Assembly (NCBI GenBank): GCA_016187465.1
Contig: JACPJQ010000005.1
Span: 163,183-227,182, forward strand
Source: Candidatus Woesearchaeota archaeon
GTDB lineage: Archaea > Nanobdellota > Nanobdellia > Woesearchaeales > GW2011-AR4
DNA length: 64,000 bases
Direction: 5' to 3'
Shown: positions 9,581-18,939 of the stretch, piece by piece
How positions within the stretch are numbered: position 1 is the stretch's first letter
How the letters are laid out: each line of letters begins with the position of its first letter
Position numbers and translations under genes: made by a program
The notes under the pieces: model-generated
Database searches by the model: none
Told to the model about the DNA's origin: nothing
What the model saw: the letters and a program-made list of their open reading frames with translations, nothing else

Positions 9581-11131
9581 TTATTTTTTTAATTTGCTGA
9601 GTCTCGTGTTGATTTGCCGCTCCAGACTTTTTTGAAACCGATCTCCTTTCAAAAGATAGCTTTCTGTGCTCGATGATATGCCATTAAGTTCATATCCTTT
9701 CGCACCTTGTTTATATGCGGCCATGATATGTAGAATTCTTTCCGGCATCGGTATATCAATATATCTTTGATTAAACTGTCCCAGGTATTTAGTTGCAATT
9801 TCTATAGATTTATATGAATCTAGAGTATCTTGGGCTTTAAATCCCAAACTTTCTGCTGTACTTGGCTTGATTTGCATGATCCCACAACTTTGTTCACCTA
9901 TTCCATAGCACCCAGTACCTTCTTTAAATCTTGATTCAACAGCGCCAACTATAAGCGGTGTTATCGGTGGAAGATTATTTTTAGTGGATTGTTCAGAGAT
10001 ATATTGTAGCATATTATCATTAATATTTGCCATTACGGCCTTAACATCAGATTCACCTGTAAATCTAGCAATATCTTTAAGTGGGGCATAATCTGGATTG
10101 TTTACTCTTTGGAAAATTTCTTTTGCCGTAGGGCCGTTTGGGGTCGATATTGGTGTTGAATCTGTAAGCCTAGATATTATTCGGACATTTGAAGCCTGGG
10201 CATTTGACGCTCCATCATTGTAAAACAGCACAGCTTCTCCACTTTTCAAGGCATTCAGTAACTTGATATTTTGTGGTTCTGTTCCTATATATTTTTCATT
10301 AGGGTAATCTGATTCGTAAATATCTTTTCTCTTAGCAAAATTTTCAGAGCCTTGGTAACCCGCTTCCTTAAACACATCAGATACTGATTTATCAGTACTT
10401 GAAACAATAAAATTCTTAACAGGTATCAGTTTATGACCCTCAGCACTTTCTATGAACGATAATTTTACAGACCTTCTTTCTGCTGTAAGCTTGATACCGT
10501 CAAAATCCAACCTGCCGCCTTTTGCCAAATAAATTTCACTATCTTTCAAATTCACTATCATGTCTCCCAATTTGTAATTGCCATCTTCAAAGTATATATT
10601 AGCATTCGGAAATGTTGTAACTCCCAGTTTTCCTATTGCTGTTAGGATATTTTGGCCAAGATTGTAGAAGAATCTGGTATTTGCGCCGATATTTTGGTTG
10701 TTAACTGTACAAGATGGAACGCAAGTGCTGCTTGTCGTGCCTTCAATCCGGTTTCCGTTGTATACGACTCCATTCGCATTTGCTATTTGAACCTCGTTTA
10801 AATTCCCATTTTTGATTGTAAATCCGCTGCTTTGCGTGTACGAGCCTTCCCCTTTGAATTTTGCGCTGTTAGGCAGTTCAACAGTGCCGCCGTTGATTGC
10901 GATTGTGCCGCTAAAATCTTTTGTGAGGGTGGCAGATGTTCCTGATGACAATGTTAAAATATTTGATGATTGGTCATAAATAAAACCTGTTCCAGAAACC
11001 AGTACCCCAAGGTTATTGTTGAGCCAATTGACCTGCTCTTGGATTGAATTTGCATCATTATATGAATTACTTTGTGCATAAACTAAACCAATTAATACAA
11101 TACCCAAAAAAATAAATTTCATTTTTCTCAT
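9581..11131 (-). CDS. Secreted protein with C-terminal lytic transglycosylase (SLT/GH23-like) domain
   Basis: Sec signal MRKMKFIFLGIVLIGLVYA/Q. The C-terminus carries the three SLT signatures in order: VESRF (catalytic Glu-Ser), GIMQIKPSTAESLG (GLMQ-type) and AAYKQGAKGY (AYNxG-type). Its start overlaps the upstream gene stop by 4 nt. Confidence 0.8.
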   Translation of the reverse strand: MRKMKFIFLGIVLIGLVYAQSNSYNDANSIQEQVNWLNNNLGVLVSGTGFIYDQSSNILTLSSGTSATLTKDFSGTIAINGGTVELPNSAKFKGEGSYTQSSGFTIKNGNLNEVQIANANGVVYNGNRIEGTTSSTCVPSCTVNNQNIGANTRFFYNLGQNILTAIGKLGVTTFPNANIYFEDGNYKLGDMIVNLKDSEIYLAKGGRLDFDGIKLTAERRSVKLSFIESAEGHKLIPVKNFIVSSTDKSVSDVFKEAGYQGSENFAKRKDIYESDYPNEKYIGTEPQNIKLLNALKSGEAVLFYNDGASNAQASNVRIISRLTDSTPISTPNGPTAKEIFQRVNNPDYAPLKDIARFTGESDVKAVMANINDNMLQYISEQSTKNNLPPITPLIVGAVESRFKEGTGCYGIGEQSCGIMQIKPSTAESLGFKAQDTLDSYKSIEIATKYLGQFNQRYIDIPMPERILHIMAAYKQGAKGYELNGISSSTESYLLKGDRFQKSLERQINTRLSKLKK

Positions 11132-11898
11132 TTTGTCATTGCAAAGCTGAATATGTAATCATTCTCGTCAATTTTTGTCACGTTGTCAAATATTGTCAAA
11201 ATCATTGAATCCTCATGCGAAACTACGTCTATGAAAACATTGTTCTCTGAAGCCAGATCAATCAGGCAGTCAGCGCACAAAGCCCCGTTATTCTTTATCT
11301 TTCCTTCAACTATTTCTGAAGCGATGTCATAAATTGTGTCGAGCCTTACAGGCACCTCTGTCCTGAATTTCAAGAATTGGGCTTTTGCATCTCCTTTGTA
11401 GATATTGATAGGGTAATCGATATGGATAAAGACAGCATCCTTGCCGATAGTTGAACTGACAGATTCTATCGCTCCTTCAACATTTGCTCCTTGGAAATCC
11501 TGCAGATTATTAACACATGCAGGCAGTTGCTCCATGACATAATCTGAAATCTGTGATTCAACAGTCTCTCGTGTTGGCATATAGTTGGCACTCCTAAAGA
11601 CATAGTAAGGGACACCGTCATAGAAATAAACCAATTTCGGCTCAGGCACCTTGTAATAGCCGCCATACAAGCCCGTGTATACGATAGCTCTCTTTCCTAT
11701 TTCATCAACGCAAAAGTCAATATTTGACTTAAGCGGCAGCAGGGAAGATGGCAAGCCAGAGCTGGTGGTTATTTCTGCCTCTTTTTTTATATCGGTCTTT
11801 GTCTTATCTGCAGACAGGTAACTCATAAAAGAGATAGCGATCAGTACAACGAGTCCAAGTACGAGAAACAAAGTTACTTGTGTTTTTTTATTCAACAT
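11128..11898 (-). CDS. Membrane-anchored extracellular protein (256 aa), paralog of the N-domain of 5657-7792
   Basis: N-terminus MLNKKTQVTLFLVLGLVVLIAISFMSY. Conserved blocks are shared with the 711-aa protein (see finding). Confidence 0.75.
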   Translation of the reverse strand: MLNKKTQVTLFLVLGLVVLIAISFMSYLSADKTKTDIKKEAEITTSSGLPSSLLPLKSNIDFCVDEIGKRAIVYTGLYGGYYKVPEPKLVYFYDGVPYYVFRSANYMPTRETVESQISDYVMEQLPACVNNLQDFQGANVEGAIESVSSTIGKDAVFIHIDYPINIYKGDAKAQFLKFRTEVPVRLDTIYDIASEIVEGKIKNNGALCADCLIDLASENNVFIDVVSHEDSMILTIFDNVTKIDENDYIFSFAMTK

Positions 11899-12500
11899 CT
11901 TTTTTGTCTATTGCATGCCGTCCTTAATGCTATTAATAAATCTTTTGGGGGCATTTGTTTTAGGGTGTTCCATTATAAAATTTTTATATAAACTATATAA
12001 ACCAAAACCGTGAAAATCGTAACGAAAAGCGCAACATTTAAATATAACTTGGTAATAGTGACGGATATAAAATGGCAAATAGCATAAAGTGGATGGACGT
12101 GTGTATTCTAAAGCTGATTAGGCCTATCCACGCAACAGCTGCAACAAAAGCTGTGATGTGCTGATTGCCAATTTTAACCTTACTTTTTTTCTAAAACAAG
12201 AATGGAGGTGTTAAAATTGGTGCAAAAGACTAAACTAAGCAATGCGGAACGGGAAGATTTTGAGGATTTCCTCAAAAACCTGTCAGATGTAGATTTCAAC
12301 AACCGCAATGAAGAATCGAAATATAAGTGAAAATATGGGCAAACATAAAAGTTTAAATATGCATTGGCTTAACAGCCGTGTCATGATTAGGCAAGATTAT
12401 TATAGATGCTATTGTTGTTGCTAGTTCTTATAATCGTATTAGATAACTTAATATTTATCACCTATTTCATTCAAAAATCAATAAACAAAATCACTTTCAA

Positions 12501-12645
12501 GCGAGGATAGCCAAGCGGCTAAGGCGAGCGTTTTAATCGCTTAATGCGATTTAACTCGATGCTGCAAAGCAGCATTACGATCCGCAAGGAGATGACTTGT
12601 TGCGCAAAGCCCGCTTATTCGCCGGTTCGAGTCCGGCTCCTCGCT
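12501..12645 (+). tRNA. tRNA, proposed tRNA-Cys(GCA) interrupted by two introns (12531-12560 and 12568-12609)
   Basis: 7-bp acceptor stem GCGAGGA/TCCTCGC, D arm GCC-AAGCGGCTAA-GGC, T arm GCCGG-TTCGAGT-CCGGC, followed by a T-run. Splicing the two BHB-compatible introns gives a 73-nt tRNA with anticodon arm AGCGG-CTGCAAC-CCGCT and discriminator U73. That this is a tRNA is near certain; the isotype and intron map come from my manual fold. Confidence 0.7.
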
Positions 12646-12706
12646 TTTTTTATTTAAGACTAGGCAATAAAAACAATTAAAAACCCATTAAACAATTTCT
12701 TATAAA

Positions 12707-14104
12707 ATGCCATTAAAACTTTACAACACGCTGACCAGAAAAAAAGAAAATTTCAAGCCCATTAAAAATAAGATTGTTAATTTGTACTCATGCGGACCCA
12801 CGGTTTATGACTATGCTCACATAGGCAACTTCAGGGCATATGTTTGCGTTGATGTTCTAAAGCGCTATCTGAAATACAAGGGCTTCAAAGTGAAGCACAT
12901 AACAAATATTACAGACGTCGACGACAAAACTATAAAGGGCGCAAAACAGGAAGGAATTTCACTGAAGGAGTTTACAGAAAAATATGAGAAAGCTTTCTTT
13001 GACGATATTTCAATATTAAACATAGAGAAGGCTGACACCTACCCAAAAGCGACTGAACATATCAAAGAGATGGTGGGCATTGTAAAAAAATTATTGAACA
13101 AAAAGATAGCCTATAAAAGCGAAGACGGAAGCGTCTATTTTGACATATCCAAATTTAGGGACTATGGAAGATTATCGCATATTAAAATAGAAGAACTGAA
13201 AGAAGGCGCCAGAGTCAGGCATGACAGCTATGAAAAGGAAGAAGGGAGGGATTTTGCCCTGTGGAAAGCCTATGACAAAGAAGATGGTGATGTGCTCTGG
13301 GAGACAGAAATTGGACGTGGAAGGCCAGGCTGGCATCTTGAGTGCTCTGCAATGTCGATGAAATACCTTGGCAGCCATTTTGACATCCACGCCGGCGGAG
13401 TTGACTTAGTTTTTCCTCACCATGAGAATGAGATTGCGCAAAGCGAGGCATTTACCCGAAAAAAATTCGTCAATTACTGGTTCCACAACGAGCATTTGCT
13501 TGTTGACGGCCGCAAAATGTCCAAGTCATTGGGAAATTTTTATACATTGAGAGATTTGTTGATGAAAAAGTATTCTCCCAAAGCGATAAGGTATCTTTTA
13601 TTGTCAGCGCATTACAGGATGCAACTTAATTTTACAGAAGAAAGCATCAAAGCAGCTGAAAATTCAATCCAAAGATTGGAAGATTTTATTATTAAATTAA
13701 AAGAGATAAAAAACAATGCTGAAAACAAAAACATTGACAGGATAATTCAAAAAACAAAAAAACAATTTGACGACGCGATGGACGACGACTTAAACATAAG
13801 CGTGGCATTGGCACATATTTTTGAATTTGTTAAGGAAATAAACACCTCTATGATGGAAAACAAAATCGGAAAAAACAATTCCAAAAAAATAATTGATTTC
13901 ATGCATGACATTGACAAAATTCTTGGAATTCTTAAGGAAAAAGAAGAAAAATTAAGCCCTGAAATAAAAAGATTGATTGACGAAAGAGAAAAGGCAAGAA
14001 AGGAAAAAGATTTTGCAAGAGCAGACAAAATAAGGGAAGAATTAAAGCAAAAAGGAATAATTCTCGAGGATACAAAGGAAGGGGTTAGGTGGAAGAAGTG
14101 TTAA
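12707..14104 (+). CDS. cysS: Cysteinyl-tRNA synthetase
   Basis: 465 aa. HIGH-type motif [14 protein letters not shown] motif RKMSKSLGN, and the CysRS-typical [10 protein letters not shown]. Confidence 0.97.
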   Translation: MPLKLYNTLTRKKENFKPIKNKIVNLYSCGPTVYDYAHIGNFRAYVCVDVLKRYLKYKGFKVKHITNITDVDDKTIKGAKQEGISLKEFTEKYEKAFFDDISILNIEKADTYPKATEHIKEMVGIVKKLLNKKIAYKSEDGSVYFDISKFRDYGRLSHIKIEELKEGARVRHDSYEKEEGRDFALWKAYDKEDGDVLWETEIGRGRPGWHLECSAMSMKYLGSHFDIHAGGVDLVFPHHENEIAQSEAFTRKKFVNYWFHNEHLLVDGRKMSKSLGNFYTLRDLLMKKYSPKAIRYLLLSAHYRMQLNFTEESIKAAENSIQRLEDFIIKLKEIKNNAENKNIDRIIQKTKKQFDDAMDDDLNISVALAHIFEFVKEINTSMMENKIGKNNSKKIIDFMHDIDKILGILKEKEEKLSPEIKRLIDEREKARKEKDFARADKIREELKQKGIILEDTKEGVRWKKC

Positions 14105-14121
14105 ATAAAAATAATTCAGCT

Positions 14122-14628
14122 TTAATGCTGTGTTTTGGAAGGTGGATACATACTTCTTAAGCGAGGGTCAGGTTCAAACACGTTTACAAATACGCCCTCT
14201 AAATCTTGGGGAGTAATACTCTTAGGTTTTTGGATAACATAAGTAAAAATATCTCTATATTGCATATGTAAGAACTCATTTCTTCTGTCTGTATCAAAAA
14301 ATTCATCTGCAGTTAATCTTTCTCTTCCAATTATTGCTTCTATCCCCTTATCCACTAAATATAATTTGCCGCTTCTTTCCCCTATAATAAATTTTCCAAG
14401 ACTCATCATTTCATGCAACTTTAATTCTCCTCTATCTAACCTATTTTGTATAAACAGGGCTTCTTGTAGGGTATATTCCTCCGAAATTTTTGCATATACT
14501 TTTTTATCTGCCAATAATTTAAGTGCTTGAGGGAATGTGTCATTCAGTCTTAGCAACTTGCTTGCAGGATGCCTATAACTTGAAGGATTTTTACTCTTTT
14601 CTGTTAATTGGAAGGCATAAAAACCCAT
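14122..14628 (-). CDS. Hypothetical protein (168 aa); the frame continues upstream through an in-frame TAG to an ATG at 14847
   Basis: ORF from the track with no recognisable motifs. The same frame is open from 14847 apart from one TAG at 14724-14722 (see finding). Confidence 0.6.
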   Translation of the reverse strand: MGFYAFQLTEKSKNPSSYRHPASKLLRLNDTFPQALKLLADKKVYAKISEEYTLQEALFIQNRLDRGELKLHEMMSLGKFIIGERSGKLYLVDKGIEAIIGRERLTADEFFDTDRRNEFLHMQYRDIFTYVIQKPKSITPQDLEGVFVNVFEPDPRLRSMYPPSKTQH

Positions 14629-14912
14629 ATCTGCCTCATCGAAGTCAAAAAATGAGCTTAAAGCTGATATAGAATACTCCAGACTTGTTAGTGGACTATC
14701 ACTTTCGGGTTTAGTTTTCTGCTACCTTTTATTACCAGTTTCCTGTCTTCTCCATTCATGCCTTCCATTAAATGTATGATGCCTCCTGCTGGAGCGCAAT
14801 TCAATAATCGAACGCCTTGGATCATAAATGTCTATACTTCCATTCATTTTATCACCTTATAACAATTTTAAAATTATATAAACTTTTCACTACTATTATT
14901 TAAATATTTTCC

Positions 14913-17333
14913 TCAAAACTCAGCCTCAATCTCAATATCTTTCTCAGGATGCTTGCCTCTCGTCGGCTCAAAAATTATCTGCTCCGCACTTGTGGCTGCC
15001 TTTATATCTGATTCCACTTCATCAAAGTCAATTTCCTCAATTTTGGCTTTTATCGTCAATTTCTTAACTGGCGCCTTGAGAGACAATTGCTTTTCAGATT
15101 TCTGCTTTCTCACGAATTCAACGACCTTAACAACAAAATCCCCTATCCTTTCAGCATGCTCGTCCTCCATGTTTACTTCAGGCCATTTTGAAATATGAAC
15201 ACTCTTGACATTTTCATGATTCCTGAAGTAAAGCTGGTATAACTCTTCTGTAATGAACGGCATTATCGGCGCCATCAGCTTTATTATTGTCAGTAAGGTG
15301 TTGTACAAGCCGAATTGCGCGGAAACTCTTGCATCTGAGCCTCTTTTGTCAGCATTGTAAAGCCTGTCTTTTATTATCTCAAGATAATTATCGCAAAAAG
15401 TGTGCCAGAAGAATGTTTCTGTTGCAAGCTTTGTGTGGGAGTATTCATAATTCATGAAATTTTCCGTGCTTTCTTTCATAACTTTGCTGAGCTTTGACAG
15501 AATCCACCTGTCCATCATATTTATTTTGCTTGGGCGTTCTCCTTTGTAATCAGAAAGGTGCATGAAGGCAAACTTGCTCGCATTCCATATCTTAGTTGTG
15601 AATTTGTTTCCAGTCACCAAATCTTTTTCCTGAAAAGGCAAATCATCTCCCAGCCTGCTTCCAGCCGCCCAGAATCTCAATGAATCAGCAGAGTATTTGC
15701 CAATCATCTCCCTGGGGTCGATAACATTTCCCTTGCTCTTGCTCATCTTCTTGCCTTTCGGATCCAAAGCCCAGCCGGAGATCATTACATTTTTCCAAGG
15801 AATGTTTTTGTGGTGAAAATAGCTTTTAACAACAGTGTTGAAAAGCCAGAAGGTTATTATGTCATGAGCCTGCGGCCTTAAGCCCATAGGATGTAATTTT
15901 TCTTGGAGGGTTTTATTCTTAAACAGTTCAATTGCAATGTCCGGTGTCAAAGATGAAGTTGCCCATGTATCCAGCACATCTTTTTCACCAATAAACTCGT
16001 TTGAGCCGCATTTGCATTTTTTCAATGGCTTGTCAACCAAAGGATCGACAGGCAATTGCTTTTCTTCTGCTACAATTATTGCATTGCATTTCTTGCAGTA
16101 CCATACCGGAATTGGAATGCCAAAATGTCTTTGTCTTGAGATGTTCCAGTCCCATTTCAAGCCATGAATCCAGTTCTCGTATCTTGCGCGCATATGCTCA
16201 GGATACCATTTAATCTTTCTGCCGTATTTTATGAAATCATCTTTCAGGTCAAGATACTTAATGAACCATTGGTCCATTGCAACAAACTCGATTACAGTTC
16301 CGCATCTTTCATGAGTGTTTACTACCTGCCCGATTTGCTCTTCTTTTACCACAGCCTCTGCTTTCTCCCAGTCATTGACGACTGCCTTTCTTGCCTCTTC
16401 GCTGTTCATGCCCTTGTATTTTCCGGCTTTTTCATTCAAGCGCCCGTCCCTGTTCATTATGTGCTTAACTTTTAAATCAGGGTGCTTTGCGACAAATTCT
16501 ATGTCATTCATGTCGCCATAAGGGCACCAATAAACCGCACCTGTACCAAAATCCATTTTTGTCATATCATCGGCAATTATTGGAACTTTCTCGTTGCTTA
16601 CTGGAATTGTTGCAGTCTTTCCAATCAGATGATTGAATCTCTTGTCATCAGGATGAACGCTTATTGCAATGCACGCCATCATAAGTTCGGGTCTTGTAGT
16701 TGCAAATACAGTGCTTTCATTGCCGTCTACTTGTGCTTTAATGTAATACAATGTGGACATTCTTTCCAAGTCTTTCAATTCCACCTGCGCTATTGCAGTT
16801 GCGCAGTTTGGGCAAGCCATTGAAGGCGCAAATTTCCTATAAATCCTTCCCATCTTGTAAAGCTCCAGAAAAGAGCGCTGTGATATTTTTTGGGAATGGT
16901 TGTTGATTGTTGAATAGAAAATATTGAAATCTGCGCTTGTGCCTATTCGCTTCCAGTCATAGACAAAATCATTCCTTATTTCTTCCACCGTGGTATAACA
17001 TAGTTTTACAAACTCCTGCCGCTGCATAAACTGCCCTTTGACATTCTTCATCTTTTCAATCATTCTCTCGGTGGCTAACCCATTATCATCAACGCCAAAA
17101 GGATAGAAAACATTTTTGCCCAGCATTCTCTGGAATCTAGCGACAAAGTCCTGCTGCGCATAGGAAAAAGAGTGCCCGAGGTGCATTTTTCCGCTTACAG
17201 TTGGTGGCGGGGTGTCAATTGAGTAAATCTCTGCCTTGCTTTCGGGATTAAAGGCATAGACTTTTTCCTTCTCCCAGAACTCAAGCCATTTGGGCTCTGA
17301 AACCTTGGCGTCATAATTCTTTGGAAGTTCCAT
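14913..17333 (-). CDS. valS: Valyl-tRNA synthetase
   Basis: 806 aa class I synthetase with TPPPTVSGKMHLGH and KMSKSKGN. The length and the N-terminal YDAKVSEPKWLEFWEKEKVY are typical of archaeal ValRS. Internal plus-strand ORFs are shadows. Confidence 0.93.
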   Translation of the reverse strand: MELPKNYDAKVSEPKWLEFWEKEKVYAFNPESKAEIYSIDTPPPTVSGKMHLGHSFSYAQQDFVARFQRMLGKNVFYPFGVDDNGLATERMIEKMKNVKGQFMQRQEFVKLCYTTVEEIRNDFVYDWKRIGTSADFNIFYSTINNHSQKISQRSFLELYKMGRIYRKFAPSMACPNCATAIAQVELKDLERMSTLYYIKAQVDGNESTVFATTRPELMMACIAISVHPDDKRFNHLIGKTATIPVSNEKVPIIADDMTKMDFGTGAVYWCPYGDMNDIEFVAKHPDLKVKHIMNRDGRLNEKAGKYKGMNSEEARKAVVNDWEKAEAVVKEEQIGQVVNTHERCGTVIEFVAMDQWFIKYLDLKDDFIKYGRKIKWYPEHMRARYENWIHGLKWDWNISRQRHFGIPIPVWYCKKCNAIIVAEEKQLPVDPLVDKPLKKCKCGSNEFIGEKDVLDTWATSSLTPDIAIELFKNKTLQEKLHPMGLRPQAHDIITFWLFNTVVKSYFHHKNIPWKNVMISGWALDPKGKKMSKSKGNVIDPREMIGKYSADSLRFWAAGSRLGDDLPFQEKDLVTGNKFTTKIWNASKFAFMHLSDYKGERPSKINMMDRWILSKLSKVMKESTENFMNYEYSHTKLATETFFWHTFCDNYLEIIKDRLYNADKRGSDARVSAQFGLYNTLLTIIKLMAPIMPFITEELYQLYFRNHENVKSVHISKWPEVNMEDEHAERIGDFVVKVVEFVRKQKSEKQLSLKAPVKKLTIKAKIEEIDFDEVESDIKAATSAEQIIFEPTRGKHPEKDIEIEAEF

Positions 17334-17375
17334 TTCAAGCAGTAGTTTTTATTTAGTATTTAAAAGTTTAATTAT

Positions 17376-17717
17376 TCAAGAAACATCTTTTTGCCTAAAC
17401 TGCAGACTCAGCTCGTTCCATCCAATCATCCCATCTTCAAGCACTTTAGTCCTGTAGCCCATGGATTCAAGGATTAAAGATGCTGGCTGTGCTGTTATTC
17501 CTGCATTGCATATTGTTATTATTTCCTTGGCTTTTGGAAGCACACTTAACTTCTGCCTTACTTTTTCATAATTTCCCTGTTTTATGTCGGAATAAACATC
17601 AATATTTATGCTCCCCGGGACCGTGCTTGCGCTGAATTTGCCATCATCTCTTATGTCGAGCATTAATACATCATTTTTCCCGCTTTTGGCAAGTTCTTCC
17701 GCAGTTATAAACTTCAT
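17376..17717 (-). CDS. Rhodanese-domain sulfurtransferase
   Basis: 113 aa single rhodanese domain with active-site loop ITICNAGITAQ. Confidence 0.85.
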   Translation of the reverse strand: MKFITAEELAKSGKNDVLMLDIRDDGKFSASTVPGSINIDVYSDIKQGNYEKVRQKLSVLPKAKEIITICNAGITAQPASLILESMGYRTKVLEDGMIGWNELSLQFRQKDVS

Positions 17718-17718
17718 T

Positions 17719-18939
17719 TCATTTAACCTGCCCTTTCAGCCATTCAACCTCTTCCGGCTCCAATTCAAGCTGATTTATTATATTGTTTCTCATCTCTTTA
17801 TTTTTGAACATGATGGGGATATAAGGCATTGTGCTTTTAAGGATTTCTTTTTTTGAAGAATGGGTTTTTGCTGCAATCTTCTCTGCAATATCTTTCTTTT
17901 TTGCTGCCTTCTGGTTTGCCCACCAAAGCTTCAATATCCTCCCGGTTGGCTTGTACCCAACAAGAGCTTTGTATTTCTCTTTTTTAGCAGACGCAATTCC
18001 TGCCGTAATCAATGCATTTATGTAAACCAAAAATCTGTAATGCTGCCATCTTTTAATTCTTCGGTTAAAGACATCAGCTTTGCTCAGCATTTCATATGCT
18101 TTTGCAAGCTCCTCTGGATTTGTATATTCTTTTGGCAGGTTTTCATCAATCCAAAGCAGCTGCTCGTTCAATTCTTCCTCAACATTGTCAAATGCAGATA
18201 TTGCAATTTTCAGATCAGTTGTCTTGAATATCTTATTTAATGCCGCCATTATATTGTCGGTTTTGTTTCTTTCAGAAAGCTCTTCCAGGCTTTCTTCTGC
18301 AAGCTCTTTTTTCTCATGCGCCAATGCCTGCAAATCATTTATTGCCGCCCTTGCATCGCCTCCCGACCTTCTTGAAAGAGCCTTCAGAACATCATCCTGA
18401 TATTTTATTTTTTCGTGCTCGCAGATTCCTTTTAATATTTTAAAAATTGACAAATGATCAAGCTGCTTGAATTCAATCAAGCTGGATTTGCTTCTCAAAG
18501 AGCTGAATTTGTTGTCAAATGGATTTGTGGATGTAAGGATTAATGGATATGGAGAATCTTCAATAAGCTTCAGCAATGCTTGTATGCCTCCTCTGTCTTC
18601 ACGGCCGCTCAATCCGTCAACCTCATCAACAAGAATTATTTTTCCTCTTGCAAAAAGGCTTTGCTGCTTTATTGCGTTTCCAATCTTCTGATTTATTTGC
18701 TCTGCATTTCTGAAATCGCTCGCATTGACTTCAATAACTTCCAGTCCAAGCTCGTTTGCTATTGCATAGGCAGAGCATGTTTTTCCAACTCCAGAAGTGC
18801 CATAAATCAGCGCAGAATTCTTTTTTTCCTTTGCAAAATTAACTATGAAATTCTTTAATTTTTTTATATTTTCATCCTGCCCGAATATTTCCTTCGTTGT
18901 TTTTGGCACATATCTGTTGATTAGTGGCTGCATGGCCAT
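17719..18939 (-). CDS. rfcL: Replication factor C large subunit
   Basis: Walker A GTSGVGKTCSAYAIA and Walker B ILVDEVDGL, with the N-terminal LINRYVPKTTKEIFGQ typical of RFC. The track start at 19011 adds 24 non-conserved residues. The ATG at 18939 (MAMQPLINRY) sits about 20 nt downstream of a TATA-like TTAATAAAATA. Confidence 0.9.
   Translation of the reverse strand: MAMQPLINRYVPKTTKEIFGQDENIKKLKNFIVNFAKEKKNSALIYGTSGVGKTCSAYAIANELGLEVIEVNASDFRNAEQINQKIGNAIKQQSLFARGKIILVDEVDGLSGREDRGGIQALLKLIEDSPYPLILTSTNPFDNKFSSLRSKSSLIEFKQLDHLSIFKILKGICEHEKIKYQDDVLKALSRRSGGDARAAINDLQALAHEKKELAEESLEELSERNKTDNIMAALNKIFKTTDLKIAISAFDNVEEELNEQLLWIDENLPKEYTNPEELAKAYEMLSKADVFNRRIKRWQHYRFLVYINALITAGIASAKKEKYKALVGYKPTGRILKLWWANQKAAKKKDIAEKIAAKTHSSKKEILKSTMPYIPIMFKNKEMRNNIINQLELEPEEVEWLKGQVK

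Noticed and set aside
12073-12165. 30-codon ORF MANSIKWMDVCILKLIRPIHATAATKAVMC and nearby imperfect hairpins (12098-12135, 12135-12155), considered as a small RNA or peptide
   Set aside because: It has no SD, no recognisable RNA family features (no C/D or H/ACA boxes in proper spacing), and the stems are short with bulges. The evidence is insufficient.
12526-12542. Local hairpin GAGCG-TTTTAAT-CGCTT in the tRNA gene, which reads as an anticodon loop with anticodon UUA (ochre suppressor)
   Set aside because: It leaves no nucleotide 26 and needs a 74-nt intron after the anticodon stem with no BHB structure. TAA is clearly used as a stop in this window (cysS, glyS, nrdJ). The two-intron Cys model gives canonical BHB motifs and a perfect 5-bp anticodon stem.
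12501-12645. Class II tRNA-Leu(UAA) with one ~58-nt intron (12537-12594) and a long variable arm, suggested by the Leu/Ser-like D loop
   Set aside because: The anticodon stem would have only 4 pairs including two G-U. No BHB motif forms at those junctions, and the discriminator is U rather than A. I kept it only as an alternative to be tested.
14953-16823. Series of plus-strand ORFs (68-113 aa) inside valS, and similar sets inside rfcL, nrdJ, the DUF2075 gene and mntH
   Set aside because: All are antisense to long genes with clear family motifs, and their products are low-complexity. They are typical shadows in AT-rich DNA.
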